From: an uncultured delta proteobacterium | Lineage (GTDB): Bacteria; Myxococcota_A; Polyangia; Haliangiales; Haliangiaceae | Assembly: GCA_963848295.1 (NCBI GenBank) | Contig: CAWKDB010000011.1 | Span: forward strand, 96,001 to 160,000 | DNA: 64,000 nucleotides | Direction of reading: 5' to 3' | Part shown: positions 1-9,281 of the stretch, one piece after another | Position numbering within the stretch: the stretch's first letter is position 1 | How the letters are laid out: every line of letters starts with the position of its first letter | The notes under the pieces: model-generated | Database searches by the model: none | The model's input: the letters and a program-made list of their open reading frames with translations, nothing else | What the model was told of the DNA's origin: nothing | Position numbers and translations under genes: made by a program

Positions 1-1203
1 CTGATCAAGCATCTGTCGCGCAACTGGCGGCTGTCCGCGTTCGGCGAGTTCATCGAGGTCGTGCCGGCGCAGATGCGGCTCGGCGAGTTCTGGTATCGCG
101 GCACGGCCGACGCGGTCTATCAGAACCTCAACCTCGTGCGCGATTCGCGCTCGGCGCATGTCGCGGTGTTCGGCGGCGATCACGTCTACAAGTTCGCCAT
201 CGATCAGATGGACGAGCAGCATCGCGATCGGCTCGCCGATCTCACCGTCGCGGGGTTTCCGGTACCCACCGCCGAGGCGAGCGGGTTCGGCATCATCGAC
301 GTCGATGACAGCGGGCGGATCATCGGGTTCGTCGAGAAGCCGGCGCACCCACCGGAGATGCCGGGGCGGCCCGGATGGTCGCTGGTGTCGATGGGCAACT
401 ACATCTTCAAGCGCGATGTGCTCGAGCGCGTGCTGACCGGCGACGGCGTTGATCGTCAGTCGCATCACGATTTCGGCCGGGACATCATCCCGCGGCTCGT
501 CGCCGAGGGCGCGCGGGTGTTCGTCTACGACTTTGCACAGAACCGAATTCCCGGCGAGCCCGAGGGCTCGTCGCCGTACTGGCGCGACGTCGGCACGATC
601 GATTCGTACTTCACCGCGAACATGGAGCTGCGGGCGCGCGTGCCGGCGCTCGATCTCTACAATCGCAGCTGGCGGATCCGCAGCGCACAACGCGAGTACC
701 CGCCCGCGCGGTTCGTGCGCGCCGGTGAAGGCTTCCCTCCCGCCGAGGTCGACGACAGCCTCGTGTGCGAGGGATCGATCGTCGCATCGGCCGCGGTGCG
801 GGAGACCGTGCTCGGCTACGATTGCTTCGTGCACGCCGGCGCGGTGGTCGAAGATTCGATCGTGCTGTCCGGTTGTGATATCGGCCGCGGTGCCCGCTTG
901 CGGCGGGTGTTGCTCGACAAGAACTGCAAGATCGAGCCGGGCTGCGTCATCGGCGAGGATCCGGTCGCGGATAGCGAGCGGTTTCCGTTCGTGACCGAAT
1001 CGGGAATCGTCGTCGTGCCGAAGGGTACGCTCGTGCCGGCCACCGGGCCGTGCGTGCTCGCGAACGACGTCGCGGATCTACTCGAGAACGAGCCGGAGCT
1101 CGCCGAAAAGCTCAAGTCCGGCTCGTTCGTGGTGTCGAAGCTGACCCGTCACAGCTACGAGTCCGCCGGTCCGCGGTTCAAGCGCTATGGCGAAGTGACC
1201 TGA
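1..1203 (+). CDS. glgC: Glucose-1-phosphate adenylyltransferase (5' end outside window)
   Basis: Frame is open from base 1. Motifs WYRGTADAVYQN, GGDHVY, FVEKP, SMGNYIF, HDFGRDIIP, YWRDVGTIDSY and a C-terminal beta-helix. Adjacent to glgA. Confidence 0.96.
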   Translation: MIKHLSRNWRLSAFGEFIEVVPAQMRLGEFWYRGTADAVYQNLNLVRDSRSAHVAVFGGDHVYKFAIDQMDEQHRDRLADLTVAGFPVPTAEASGFGIIDVDDSGRIIGFVEKPAHPPEMPGRPGWSLVSMGNYIFKRDVLERVLTGDGVDRQSHHDFGRDIIPRLVAEGARVFVYDFAQNRIPGEPEGSSPYWRDVGTIDSYFTANMELRARVPALDLYNRSWRIRSAQREYPPARFVRAGEGFPPAEVDDSLVCEGSIVASAAVRETVLGYDCFVHAGAVVEDSIVLSGCDIGRGARLRRVLLDKNCKIEPGCVIGEDPVADSERFPFVTESGIVVVPKGTLVPATGPCVLANDVADLLENEPELAEKLKSGSFVVSKLTRHSYESAGPRFKRYGEVT

Positions 1204-1205
1204 CG

Positions 1206-2681
1206 TTGCGAGTCGTCCACGTCGCAAGCGAGCTCGCACCGTTCGCCCAATCGGGCGGGCTCGCCGACGTGCTCGCCGGGCTGCCGGCGGCGCTCGCCGA
1301 AAGCCACGGGCTCGACGTCGCGGTGGTCGTCCCGCTGTACCGGGGAGCCGCCGACAAGATCGCCAGCGCCGGGCTCGCGCTCGGGCCGGCGCAGCCGATC
1401 GCGCTGGAGCTCGGGCCGCATTCGCTGACCGCCGCGATTCGCAAGGTCACGGTCGGCCGCGTCGCGATCGGCTTCCTCGAATGCGCGGCACTCTACGATC
1501 GCGGCGGGACGCTCTACGGCCCCGGTGGCACGGGCGAGTTTGGCGACAACCACGTGCGGTTCGGCGCGCTCGGCAAGGCGGCGCTTATTGCGGGCCCGTT
1601 GCTGCTGGGCGGTGCGACCGACGTGCTCCACGTCCACGACTGGCAGGCGGCACCCGCCGCGATCTTCGCGCAGGTCGCCGGGCGCTCGGCGGCGCGCGCG
1701 ATCGTGACGACGATCCACAACCTCGCCTTCCGCGGCATCTTCCCGAAATCCGCGATGGACGAGCTCGGACTGCCGTGGTCGCTGTTCGATCAGCACCACC
1801 TCGAGTTCTACGACCAGGTGTGCTTGCTCAAAGGCGGGCTCGCGGTCGCCGATGCGGTCACGACCGTGAGCCCGAGCTACGCGCGAGAGATCCTCACGCC
1901 CGAGCGCGGTGAAGCGCTCGACGGTTTCTTGCGCTGGAACGTCAAACGCCTGGTCGGCATCGTCAACGGGATCGATGCGCGCGCGTGGAATCCCGCGACC
2001 GACACCGCGATCGCCGCGCCGTTTTCCCGCGGCGATCTGAGCGGCAAGGCGGCGTGTCGCCGCGCGCTCGAGGTCGAGCTCGGCTTCGCACCGAGCGATC
2101 CGCGCCCGATCATCGGCGTGATCTCGCGACTCGCCGAACAGAAGGGCGTCGATCTCGTCGCCGACATCGCCCCGGAGCTGTCCCGGATCGGTGCGCGCCT
2201 CGTCGTACTTGGCGCAGGTGATCCCGCACTCGAAGCACGATTCCGGTGGCTCGCCGAAACTTTCACCGACCACGTCGCCGTCCGCATCGGTTTCGATCCC
2301 GCGCTCGCCCGCCGGATCTACGCCGGCAGTGATCTGTTCGCGATGCCTTCACGGTTCGAGCCATGCGGGCTGGGCCAGCTCTATGCGATGCGTTATGGCT
2401 CGATCCCGATCGTGCACGCGGTCGGGGGCCTGCGCGATACGGTGGTCGATCCACCTCCGACCGGCGATCAGCGCGATCACGAGCTCGCGCTCGGCAGGCG
2501 CACCGGGATTCGATTCGACTCGATCACATCCGCGGGACTGATCGCCGCGATCGAGCGCGGCGTCGCGATTGTCCGGGATCCGGACAACCATCGCGCGGTC
2601 GTGGGCGCTGCGATGGCGCGTGACTCGTCGTGGACAGCGTCGGCGCAGCAGTACGTCCAGCTCTATCGTTCGCTGACCTAG
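1206..2681 (+). CDS. glgA: Glycogen synthase
   Basis: HVASELAPFAQSGGLADV, HVHDWQ, TIHNLAFRG, GIVNGID, MPSRFEPCGLGQLYAMRYG. TTG start at 1206 chosen just after the glgC stop. Confidence 0.95.
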   Translation: MRVVHVASELAPFAQSGGLADVLAGLPAALAESHGLDVAVVVPLYRGAADKIASAGLALGPAQPIALELGPHSLTAAIRKVTVGRVAIGFLECAALYDRGGTLYGPGGTGEFGDNHVRFGALGKAALIAGPLLLGGATDVLHVHDWQAAPAAIFAQVAGRSAARAIVTTIHNLAFRGIFPKSAMDELGLPWSLFDQHHLEFYDQVCLLKGGLAVADAVTTVSPSYAREILTPERGEALDGFLRWNVKRLVGIVNGIDARAWNPATDTAIAAPFSRGDLSGKAACRRALEVELGFAPSDPRPIIGVISRLAEQKGVDLVADIAPELSRIGARLVVLGAGDPALEARFRWLAETFTDHVAVRIGFDPALARRIYAGSDLFAMPSRFEPCGLGQLYAMRYGSIPIVHAVGGLRDTVVDPPPTGDQRDHELALGRRTGIRFDSITSAGLIAAIERGVAIVRDPDNHRAVVGAAMARDSSWTASAQQYVQLYRSLT

Positions 2682-2682
2682 C

Positions 2683-2794
2683 CGTCCGGTGGCCGGACGA
2701 ACACGCATGAGAGGTGTCCGGTGAGCGGACAAGGCTGTCCGGTTGGCGGCCCGACCTGTCCGGTCGGCGGACACTTCAGTCCGGTCCTCGGACC
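2683..2794. repeat. Array of five 17-bp palindromic sites TGTCCG-GTNNN-CGGACA
   Basis: Copies start at 2683, 2715, 2736, 2757 and 2778 (spacings 32, 21, 21, 21 bp). Copies at 2715 and 2757 have perfect TGTCCG/CGGACA arms. Confidence 0.9.
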
Positions 2795-2878
2795 TCGAAA
2801 GTGTGCGCTGCCGCTCAGTCGGATGGTGACGCGCTGCGCTGTGATGGACCCTGTCGACAAGTCCTGTTTTAGGGCCGG

Positions 2879-2887
2879 TTATTCACA
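2879..2887 (+). promoter_or_regulatory. DnaA box (TTATTCACA)
   Basis: Exact match to TTATNCACA in a high-GC background, in a non-coding region. Confidence 0.65.
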
Positions 2888-2901
2888 AGCCGTTTCGACC
2901 C

Positions 2902-2914
2902 TAAGAGCTTGATT
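2902..2914 (-). promoter_or_regulatory. IHF-binding site consensus (AATCAAGCTCTTA)
   Basis: Exact match to WATCAANNNNTTR on the minus strand, between two DnaA boxes. A near match (TTCAATAACTTA) lies at 2998-3009. Confidence 0.6.
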
Positions 2915-2945
2915 TGTCAGGAACCGTTACCGGCCCGGGATCGCG

Positions 2946-2954
2946 TGTGAATAA
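2946..2954 (-). promoter_or_regulatory. DnaA box (TGTGAATAA, i.e. TTATTCACA on minus strand)
   Basis: Identical to the box at 2879, in inverted orientation. Confidence 0.65.
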
Positions 2955-3106
2955 GTTGTGATCCCGGTGTGCCGCCATGCCTCGGGAGCGACGGAGCTTC
3001 AATAACTTAGCACATATGTCGCGGGATGTAGGTGATAGCCGCAGATCACCCCGCAGGTGGCCTATTTCGGGCCCATTTCGGGCGGCCCCGCCCGCCCGTC
3101 CGGAGG

Positions 3107-4078
3107 TCACCGCGCTGCGCTGCCGGAGCCGTCTGCTGCGCTGCCTGGGGCGGGCGGAGATAGCCCGCCATCGATCGCGGCAGCACCGGCGTCGCCGCCA
3201 GCGGGCTCGTTGGCGAGTCTGGCGAGGTTGCACGCGTCCTGATCTTTCGCGTCGCACGCGCGAGCGAGCAACCGCTTGCCACGCTCCACGTCTTTCGGGA
3301 CGCCGACGCCCTGTAGCACCATCCCGCCGAGGACTCGACAACCGATCGGATCGGCGGGGACACAGGCGCGCTCTAGCCACATCGCGGCTGCGCTCGTGCT
3401 CTTCGGTAGGCCGATGCCCTCGAGGTACAAGAGGCCGATCTGGCGACACGCCGTCGGATCGCCGGCATCGCAGCCTTGCTTGTAGTGACCGACCGCCAGT
3501 TTCCATCGCGCCGGCGCTCCTTGGGTCGCGAGCATCGCATCGAGATCGCCAGCGTTCGTGCATGCGAGCGGCACCGCACCCTTGCACGCTTTGTCGAGCA
3601 GCGCGTCCGCCCGATTGAGATCCGCCGGCGTGCCGCGACCATCGCGCAGCAGCAAGCCGAGGTTGCGACACGCGAGCTTGTAGCCGCCGTCGCAGGCCTT
3701 TTGATAGACCTCGACCGCGCGCGGAATATTGCGCTCGATTCCCATGCCTTCGGCGAGTGCGAACGCGAGGTTGTTGCACGCCGACATGTTGCCGCCTGTA
3801 CACGCCTGGGCGAACAGCGCTGCCGCGCGCCGTTGATCGTGCGACACGCCGATGCCTTCGGCGTACATCACGCCGAGGTTGCGACACGCTTCGAGATCGC
3901 CCGCTACACACTTGCGATCGAACCGCGACGCTAGCTCGGCCGGATCGCTCGGGCCGGCATCCGCCGGGTTCCGCGCATCGTCCGACACCTTGTGCGAACC
4001 GCCTTTGCACGCCGCCGCCGCCAGGAACACCGCGACGAGCGCGAGCGCGAGCGGCGATCGGCGCGGCGCTTCGCTCAT
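3107..4078 (-). CDS. Sel1-like repeat lipoprotein
   Basis: Signal peptide ending LAAAAC. Repeats such as ACRNLGVMYAEGIGV and ACRQIGLLYLEGIGL. Confidence 0.88.
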   Translation of the reverse strand: MSEAPRRSPLALALVAVFLAAAACKGGSHKVSDDARNPADAGPSDPAELASRFDRKCVAGDLEACRNLGVMYAEGIGVSHDQRRAAALFAQACTGGNMSACNNLAFALAEGMGIERNIPRAVEVYQKACDGGYKLACRNLGLLLRDGRGTPADLNRADALLDKACKGAVPLACTNAGDLDAMLATQGAPARWKLAVGHYKQGCDAGDPTACRQIGLLYLEGIGLPKSTSAAAMWLERACVPADPIGCRVLGGMVLQGVGVPKDVERGKRLLARACDAKDQDACNLARLANEPAGGDAGAAAIDGGLSPPAPGSAADGSGSAAR

Positions 4079-4098
4079 CGCTGCTGTCCTAGCACGAT

Positions 4099-5622
4099 TC
4101 ACCGCTCGACCGCGTGAACGACGCGGGCATACGCGGCGTCGACCGACGGACCGCCGTGCGGCACGAGCGACAGCGCGGCGAACGCGGCGACCGCGACTCC
4201 GATCGCGATCGCGAGCCCGCGCAAGCCACACACCCGCTGGATGCCGCGGCCGAGCAACCAACCGACGATCGCGAGAAACGGCGCGATGGCGAGCCACGCC
4301 GGGAGGCCGCACGCCGAGCCGAGGTTCGGAGCGAACAGGCCGGCGGCGACGAGCCGGAACGTGATCTCGAACAGCGGGTGCTTGAATGCCTCGGGCCAGT
4401 ACGGGAACGTCGCCGAGCTCAGGCTATAGACGACGACACCGATCACCATCAGCCCGGCCGCCGCGCCGAACGCGAGCGGGCGATCGGCGAGCGCGGCGAG
4501 CATCGCGGCGACGAGCGGCAGCAGGAACGGCAGCATCGCGGTGAGGTAGCGCGGCCCGACCTCCCAGCCGGCGCGCCAGAACCCGATCGATGTCACGAAC
4601 CACAAGAACGCGGTGAACACGACGAGCGCCATCACCGCGACGCTGCGGTCGCCGCGACGCCACATGATGACCGCGCCCGGAAATGCGAGCGCCAACCACG
4701 GCGCCAGCGTGAACAGGCCGTTGTCGGGCGCGATCATCGTGCCGTACAGCGCGTCGAGATGCGGTCGGGTCATACCGAGGAAGCCGTGGTCGTGATCTTT
4801 CGCGTACGTCAGCGCGTGCCCGTAGCCGGTGCTGAACGGGCCGCCGAAGCATCGGCTGTGATACTCGAGCAACAGCGCGAGCGGGATCGCCGCCGCGACC
4901 GCTGCGATGGCTATCGCGCGCACCAACTCGGCCCGCGGCCACCGCCAGATCCGGACGAGCGCCCACACCGCGACCGGCGGGATCGCGAACGCCGCCTCGT
5001 AGTCGACCAGCACCGCGGCGCCGGCGAGAAACCCGGCCGCCGCGAGCGCGACCAGCCCGCGGCGACGATCGGCGACGTCGGCCGCGAGGATCCACGCGCC
5101 GCCGACGCACACCGCGCTCAACTGGTGCGAGTAGAACAGCAGCGCATACGTCATCGCGAGCGAGCCGAGCGCGTACGTGATCACGACGAGTCGACGGATG
5201 TCGGGATCGGGCGCGAACCGCTCGAGGAACCCGAACAGCAACCATAGAAACAGGAGCGACGGCACCACGCTGGTGACGATCCGGCACAACGCCATCGACG
5301 CTTCGAGCCCGGGCTCGCCCGCGATCCAGCGCACCGCCGCGTAGACGGGAACGGCGAGCAGCGACGAGCCCGGCGCCTTGTTCTGGTACATGTGGCCGTT
5401 GTGCCCCGCGAGGTCCGGCGACCAGTCGTAGCGCTGGACTTCGCGGTCGACCGAGAACGTGTGGTCCTCGACGATCGCCTTAACGAGATAAACACGCGGC
5501 AGCTCGTTCGCGCTGTGGATCCGCGGGAAGTACGGGAACACATACAGATACGCGCAGGCGATCGCGATCAGCCAGCCGTGGCGAGCTAGCAGCGAACGGA
5601 GCCGGACGGCCGAGACGGGCAC
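4099..5622 (-). CDS. Polytopic membrane protein, possibly GT-C-type glycosyltransferase
   Basis: About 12 hydrophobic segments. Loop motifs SANE..R and YQNKAPGSS, and late GPRYL resemble GT-C-like proteins. Start position uncertain. Confidence 0.6.
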   Translation of the reverse strand: MPVSAVRLRSLLARHGWLIAIACAYLYVFPYFPRIHSANELPRVYLVKAIVEDHTFSVDREVQRYDWSPDLAGHNGHMYQNKAPGSSLLAVPVYAAVRWIAGEPGLEASMALCRIVTSVVPSLLFLWLLFGFLERFAPDPDIRRLVVITYALGSLAMTYALLFYSHQLSAVCVGGAWILAADVADRRRGLVALAAAGFLAGAAVLVDYEAAFAIPPVAVWALVRIWRWPRAELVRAIAIAAVAAAIPLALLLEYHSRCFGGPFSTGYGHALTYAKDHDHGFLGMTRPHLDALYGTMIAPDNGLFTLAPWLALAFPGAVIMWRRGDRSVAVMALVVFTAFLWFVTSIGFWRAGWEVGPRYLTAMLPFLLPLVAAMLAALADRPLAFGAAAGLMVIGVVVYSLSSATFPYWPEAFKHPLFEITFRLVAAGLFAPNLGSACGLPAWLAIAPFLAIVGWLLGRGIQRVCGLRGLAIAIGVAVAAFAALSLVPHGGPSVDAAYARVVHAVER

Positions 5623-5687
5623 GCTAACCTCGATCGTGATACCACCAACTCGACCTGTGATGCCGTTGTTCCCGCAGGAGTCGCCGC

Positions 5688-8507
5688 GTGGCTGAGCGCG
5701 CGTATCGCTCGCTGCGCCAGGCAGCGAGCGCCGACGTCGATCGCGCGATCGCGATGACCGCGGTCGGCGCCGCGCTGTTCGCCGGCGTCGAGCTCGTGCT
5801 GACCTGGTGGACGTACTGGGGCTCGATCGAGCTCGGCAGCGACATCCGGCTGGTCGCGCTCGTCGCGACGCTGTCGCTCGGACTCTGGCTCGGGCTGGCC
5901 GTGATCACCGCCGGTGCGATGATCGCGACGCGGCTCGCGCTCGCGCTGTTCGATCCGATCGCGGCGCGCGGTCCGGGTTGGTTCGTGGCGACGCCGATGC
6001 GCGACGGTGTCCGCCGGGGCGTACCGCGGCTGTGGGCGATGTGCGGCACCGCCGGTGTCATCGCCGTGGTGATGCAGCGCGAAGCGACCGCGGCGATCGT
6101 CAATCACAAGGACGCGCCGCTCATCGCGGTCTATGTCGCCGGCTACACGCTCGTCGCGATCGCGATCGCGGTGCCGATCGGCTACGTGTTTCGCGTCGCC
6201 GCCGACGCTGCAGCCAAAGCGCTCGCGCCGATGCTCGGCGCGTTCAACCCACTCGGCCGCTGGCGCGCCGGCGGCGTCGCGCTCGCCGCGGTGTTCGCCG
6301 GCGGCCTCGCGGCGGTGTGGTTCGTACTTCCCGACAGCCGGTCGTATCTTTCGATCCGCCTCGCGATCTCCGGCGTGACGATCGCGCTCGGGATGGGGAT
6401 CGGCGCGCGCCTGCACGCGCGACATCGGCCGCGACGGCGCACGAAGCGGCGTGCCCTCGCGATCGCCGGCGCCGCGCTCGTGCTGTCGGTCGGTACGCTG
6501 TGGCAGTGGGGCGGCGATCAGGCGACCAAGGGCATCGCGATCACGGCGTCGCCCGCGCTCGAGAAGCTGATCAACTACGTCCGGATCGCGAACGATCTCG
6601 ATGGCGACGGTTTCGGTTCGTTGCTCGGCGAGAACGACTGCGCGCCGTTCGACGCGTCGATCCACCCGGGCGCGAAGGACATCCCCGACGACGGCATCGA
6701 TCAGAACTGCGACGGCCACGACTTCTCGCTGCGCTCCGCGATCGAGCCCACGGACCCGAGCCTGCCGGTGCCGGCTCAGTTCAAGCGGAAGGATTGGAAC
6801 TTCCTGTTCATCACCGTCGACACGCTGCGCTACGATCACACGACGTTCGGCGGCTACAAAGACGCGCCGAAGCACCGCGACACGACGCCGCGGCTCGCCG
6901 AGTTCGTCAAGCAGTCGACCTCGTTCACGTTCTGCAACGCGCCGTCGGCCGGCACGATGGCCTCGATCCCCGCGATCATCACGTCAAAGTATTTTCACTC
7001 CGGGATCGCGCTCGACGAGAACGTGCCGCGCGGTGCGCCGCCGCGGCTCAAGCCCGAGAACACCCTGCTGATGGAGATCATGAAGCGCGGCGGCTATCAC
7101 ACCGGCGTGATCGCGTCGCACGAATACTGGAACGACTGGGGCATGGACCAAGGGGTCGACGATTACGACAACTCGATCGGCAAGACGCCGGATCCGTATC
7201 GCGTCGCCGCCGACAAGGTCACCGACCACGCGCTCGCCTGGATCACGCGCCAGCAAGGCCGCAAGTGGTTCCTGTGGGCGCACTACATCGATCCGCACGG
7301 CCGTTACGTCGCGCACCCCGATGTCGTCGACTACGGCTCGAGCGAGCCCGATCTCTACGACGCCGAGATCCGCTGGACCGATCAGGAGATCGGCCGTCTG
7401 TTCGACAACCTCGCGCGCATGCCGAGCAACGAGATCTCGCATACGATCATCGTGCTCACGAGCGATCACGGCGACAGCATGGCCGAGCACAACGTGCCGC
7501 TCGGCACTCACGGCACCGCGCTGTACTTCGAGCTGCAGCACGTCCCGATGATCTTCTACGTCCCGGACAACGCGCCGCACCTGATCAATGGTGCGGTGTC
7601 CAACCTCGACATCGTGCCGACGATCGCGGAGCTCGCGGGCATCGACGTCCACGACCTGTCGTTCGAGGGCAAGAGCGAGGTGCCCGCGATCTTCTACGGC
7701 AAGTCCAACCCCGACCGCATCGTGTTCGCCGAGACCAACTTGCCGAGTCCTCAGCGCGCGGCGATCTCGCAGTACTACAAGTTGATCTATCACATGCACT
7801 CGAACCTGTACGAGCTGTTCGATCTCAAGGCCGATCCGACGGAGCACAACAACCTCGCGCCGAAGCATCCGCCGGCGTTCTACACGATGAAGGCCGCGCT
7901 CGATCAATGGCTCGAGCGCGTCGTCTACTCGCGCGATCCGTTGTTCAACCAACAGACCGAGCGGATCCGCGACGTGCTGCTCGCCGGCCCGCCCGCGCCG
8001 CCGGTCGCGACCACCGGCCAGACGATCGCCGACGGCAAGCTCGTGGTCGCCGGCATCGGCATCGCCGAAAACCAGCAGCTCATGCCCGGCGGCAAGGCCG
8101 ACATCCAGGTGTACTTCTCGACGCGCGAGCACACCGACGCGATCTACAAGCTACAACTCGTGGTCTGGCCGATCGACGCCGGCCGTGTCGCGACCGATCC
8201 GGTGCCAGCGAACGCGGTGCGCACCCCATCGCGCCTGACCGCGGACGGCTTCTTCCCGACCGATCGGTGGCGGACCGGCGAGACGATCCGCGAACGGTTC
8301 CCGGTGACGATCCCAGCGACGTGGACCGGCGCGCTCGTGGTCGGACTGGTCGCCACCGAGACCACCGGCGTCAGGGCAGTCGCGACGGGCGCGGCGCCGG
8401 TCAACGACCCCACGCTCGAGATCCTCGGCACCCTGCCCTTGCCGGCCAGGCCAGGCCTGTTACCGGCGGAGCCAGGATCGGGAAGCTCGGGGACCGCCGG
8501 CCCGTAG
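5688..8507 (+). CDS. Membrane-anchored sulfatase-like (alkaline phosphatase superfamily) protein with MopE-type metal-binding repeat
   Basis: N-terminal TM helices; DLDGDG...DCAPFDASIHPGAKDIPDDGIDQNCDG; FITVDTLRYDH, HYIDPH, TSDHGD, HVPMIF, ELFDLKADPTE. Confidence 0.85.
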   Translation: MAERAYRSLRQAASADVDRAIAMTAVGAALFAGVELVLTWWTYWGSIELGSDIRLVALVATLSLGLWLGLAVITAGAMIATRLALALFDPIAARGPGWFVATPMRDGVRRGVPRLWAMCGTAGVIAVVMQREATAAIVNHKDAPLIAVYVAGYTLVAIAIAVPIGYVFRVAADAAAKALAPMLGAFNPLGRWRAGGVALAAVFAGGLAAVWFVLPDSRSYLSIRLAISGVTIALGMGIGARLHARHRPRRRTKRRALAIAGAALVLSVGTLWQWGGDQATKGIAITASPALEKLINYVRIANDLDGDGFGSLLGENDCAPFDASIHPGAKDIPDDGIDQNCDGHDFSLRSAIEPTDPSLPVPAQFKRKDWNFLFITVDTLRYDHTTFGGYKDAPKHRDTTPRLAEFVKQSTSFTFCNAPSAGTMASIPAIITSKYFHSGIALDENVPRGAPPRLKPENTLLMEIMKRGGYHTGVIASHEYWNDWGMDQGVDDYDNSIGKTPDPYRVAADKVTDHALAWITRQQGRKWFLWAHYIDPHGRYVAHPDVVDYGSSEPDLYDAEIRWTDQEIGRLFDNLARMPSNEISHTIIVLTSDHGDSMAEHNVPLGTHGTALYFELQHVPMIFYVPDNAPHLINGAVSNLDIVPTIAELAGIDVHDLSFEGKSEVPAIFYGKSNPDRIVFAETNLPSPQRAAISQYYKLIYHMHSNLYELFDLKADPTEHNNLAPKHPPAFYTMKAALDQWLERVVYSRDPLFNQQTERIRDVLLAGPPAPPVATTGQTIADGKLVVAGIGIAENQQLMPGGKADIQVYFSTREHTDAIYKLQLVVWPIDAGRVATDPVPANAVRTPSRLTADGFFPTDRWRTGETIRERFPVTIPATWTGALVVGLVATETTGVRAVATGAAPVNDPTLEILGTLPLPARPGLLPAEPGSGSSGTAGP

Positions 8508-8519
8508 TAAGCTCACGCC

Positions 8520-9275
8520 ATGCCCGGGTACTACGACCTCGCGAACGTGTTCGCCGAGCACATCCGGATGTCGGAGGCCGAGGGGACACGGGTCTACGAG
8601 CCGGTCATCGCGGTCGTCACGGACAACAAAGATCCGCAGAAGATCGGCCGCGTCAAAGTGAAGGTCCCGGTGCTGTCGATGGACGACACCACGTTCTGGG
8701 CTCCGATCATCATGTTGGGCGCCGGCAAGAATCGCGGCTGGTTCTTCATCCCCGAGATCGACGACGAAGTGCTCGTGATCTTCGAGCACGGCGAGATGAA
8801 TCGCCCGCTGGTCGTGGGTGCGCTGTGGAACGGCAAGGACAAGCCGAGCGACAAGAACGGGCAAGGCGACAAGAACCCGCATCGCGTCATCAAGTCGCGC
8901 AGCGGCTCGCGAGTCATGCTCGACGACAGCGATTCGCCACAGGTGATGATCGAAGACGGCGATGGCAAGGGCCGGATCACGCTCGACGCGAAGAACAACA
9001 AGATCATCATCGAGGCGCTCGTCGGCGACGTGTGCTTTCAGTCGCCAGCCGATGATATGACGATCGTCGCGAAGTCAGCCGAGCTCACCGCGAAGCAGAA
9101 CCTCGAGATCAACGCCGGCTCGGCGATGGCGTGGGGCACCGACGCCACCGCGAAGATCAACGGCCAGTCCGTGACCCTGTCGGGCGCGACCGTGAATCTC
9201 AACTGCGGCAACTCGAAGGCACCGGCCGCGCCGCAAGCAACTCCAGCCGACGTCGCCGACCCCTACGGCTCGTAG
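8520..9275 (+). CDS. Phage baseplate assembly protein V / Gp5-like spike (VgrG C-terminal half; eCIS Afp8-like)
   Basis: IAVVTDNKDPQKIGRVKVKVP...WA...GAGKNRGWFFIPEIDDEVLVIFEHGEMNRPLVVGALWNG is the Gp5 OB-fold signature, followed by beta-strand repeats. Confidence 0.9.
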   Translation: MPGYYDLANVFAEHIRMSEAEGTRVYEPVIAVVTDNKDPQKIGRVKVKVPVLSMDDTTFWAPIIMLGAGKNRGWFFIPEIDDEVLVIFEHGEMNRPLVVGALWNGKDKPSDKNGQGDKNPHRVIKSRSGSRVMLDDSDSPQVMIEDGDGKGRITLDAKNNKIIIEALVGDVCFQSPADDMTIVAKSAELTAKQNLEINAGSAMAWGTDATAKINGQSVTLSGATVNLNCGNSKAPAAPQATPADVADPYGS

Positions 9276-9281
9276 CCGCGG

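Noticed and set aside
2683..2794. CRISPR array
   Set aside because: The 21-bp period is too short, there are no spacer-length unique sequences, and no cas genes are present.
2995..3025. dif (XerCD) site
   Set aside because: AT-rich, but lacks the TTATGTTAAA XerD arm and the 11-6-11 layout; fits an IHF-like site better.
5807..9055. 1082-aa ORF and other long Arg-rich overlapping ORFs (e.g. 21184-23778, 37846-40239, 16106-18190, N-terminal part of 38037-41033)
   Set aside because: Shadow ORFs caused by high GC; they overlap well-supported genes and lack motifs.
8520..9275. Prophage
   Set aside because: Single tail-related gene with no capsid, terminase, integrase or att sites.
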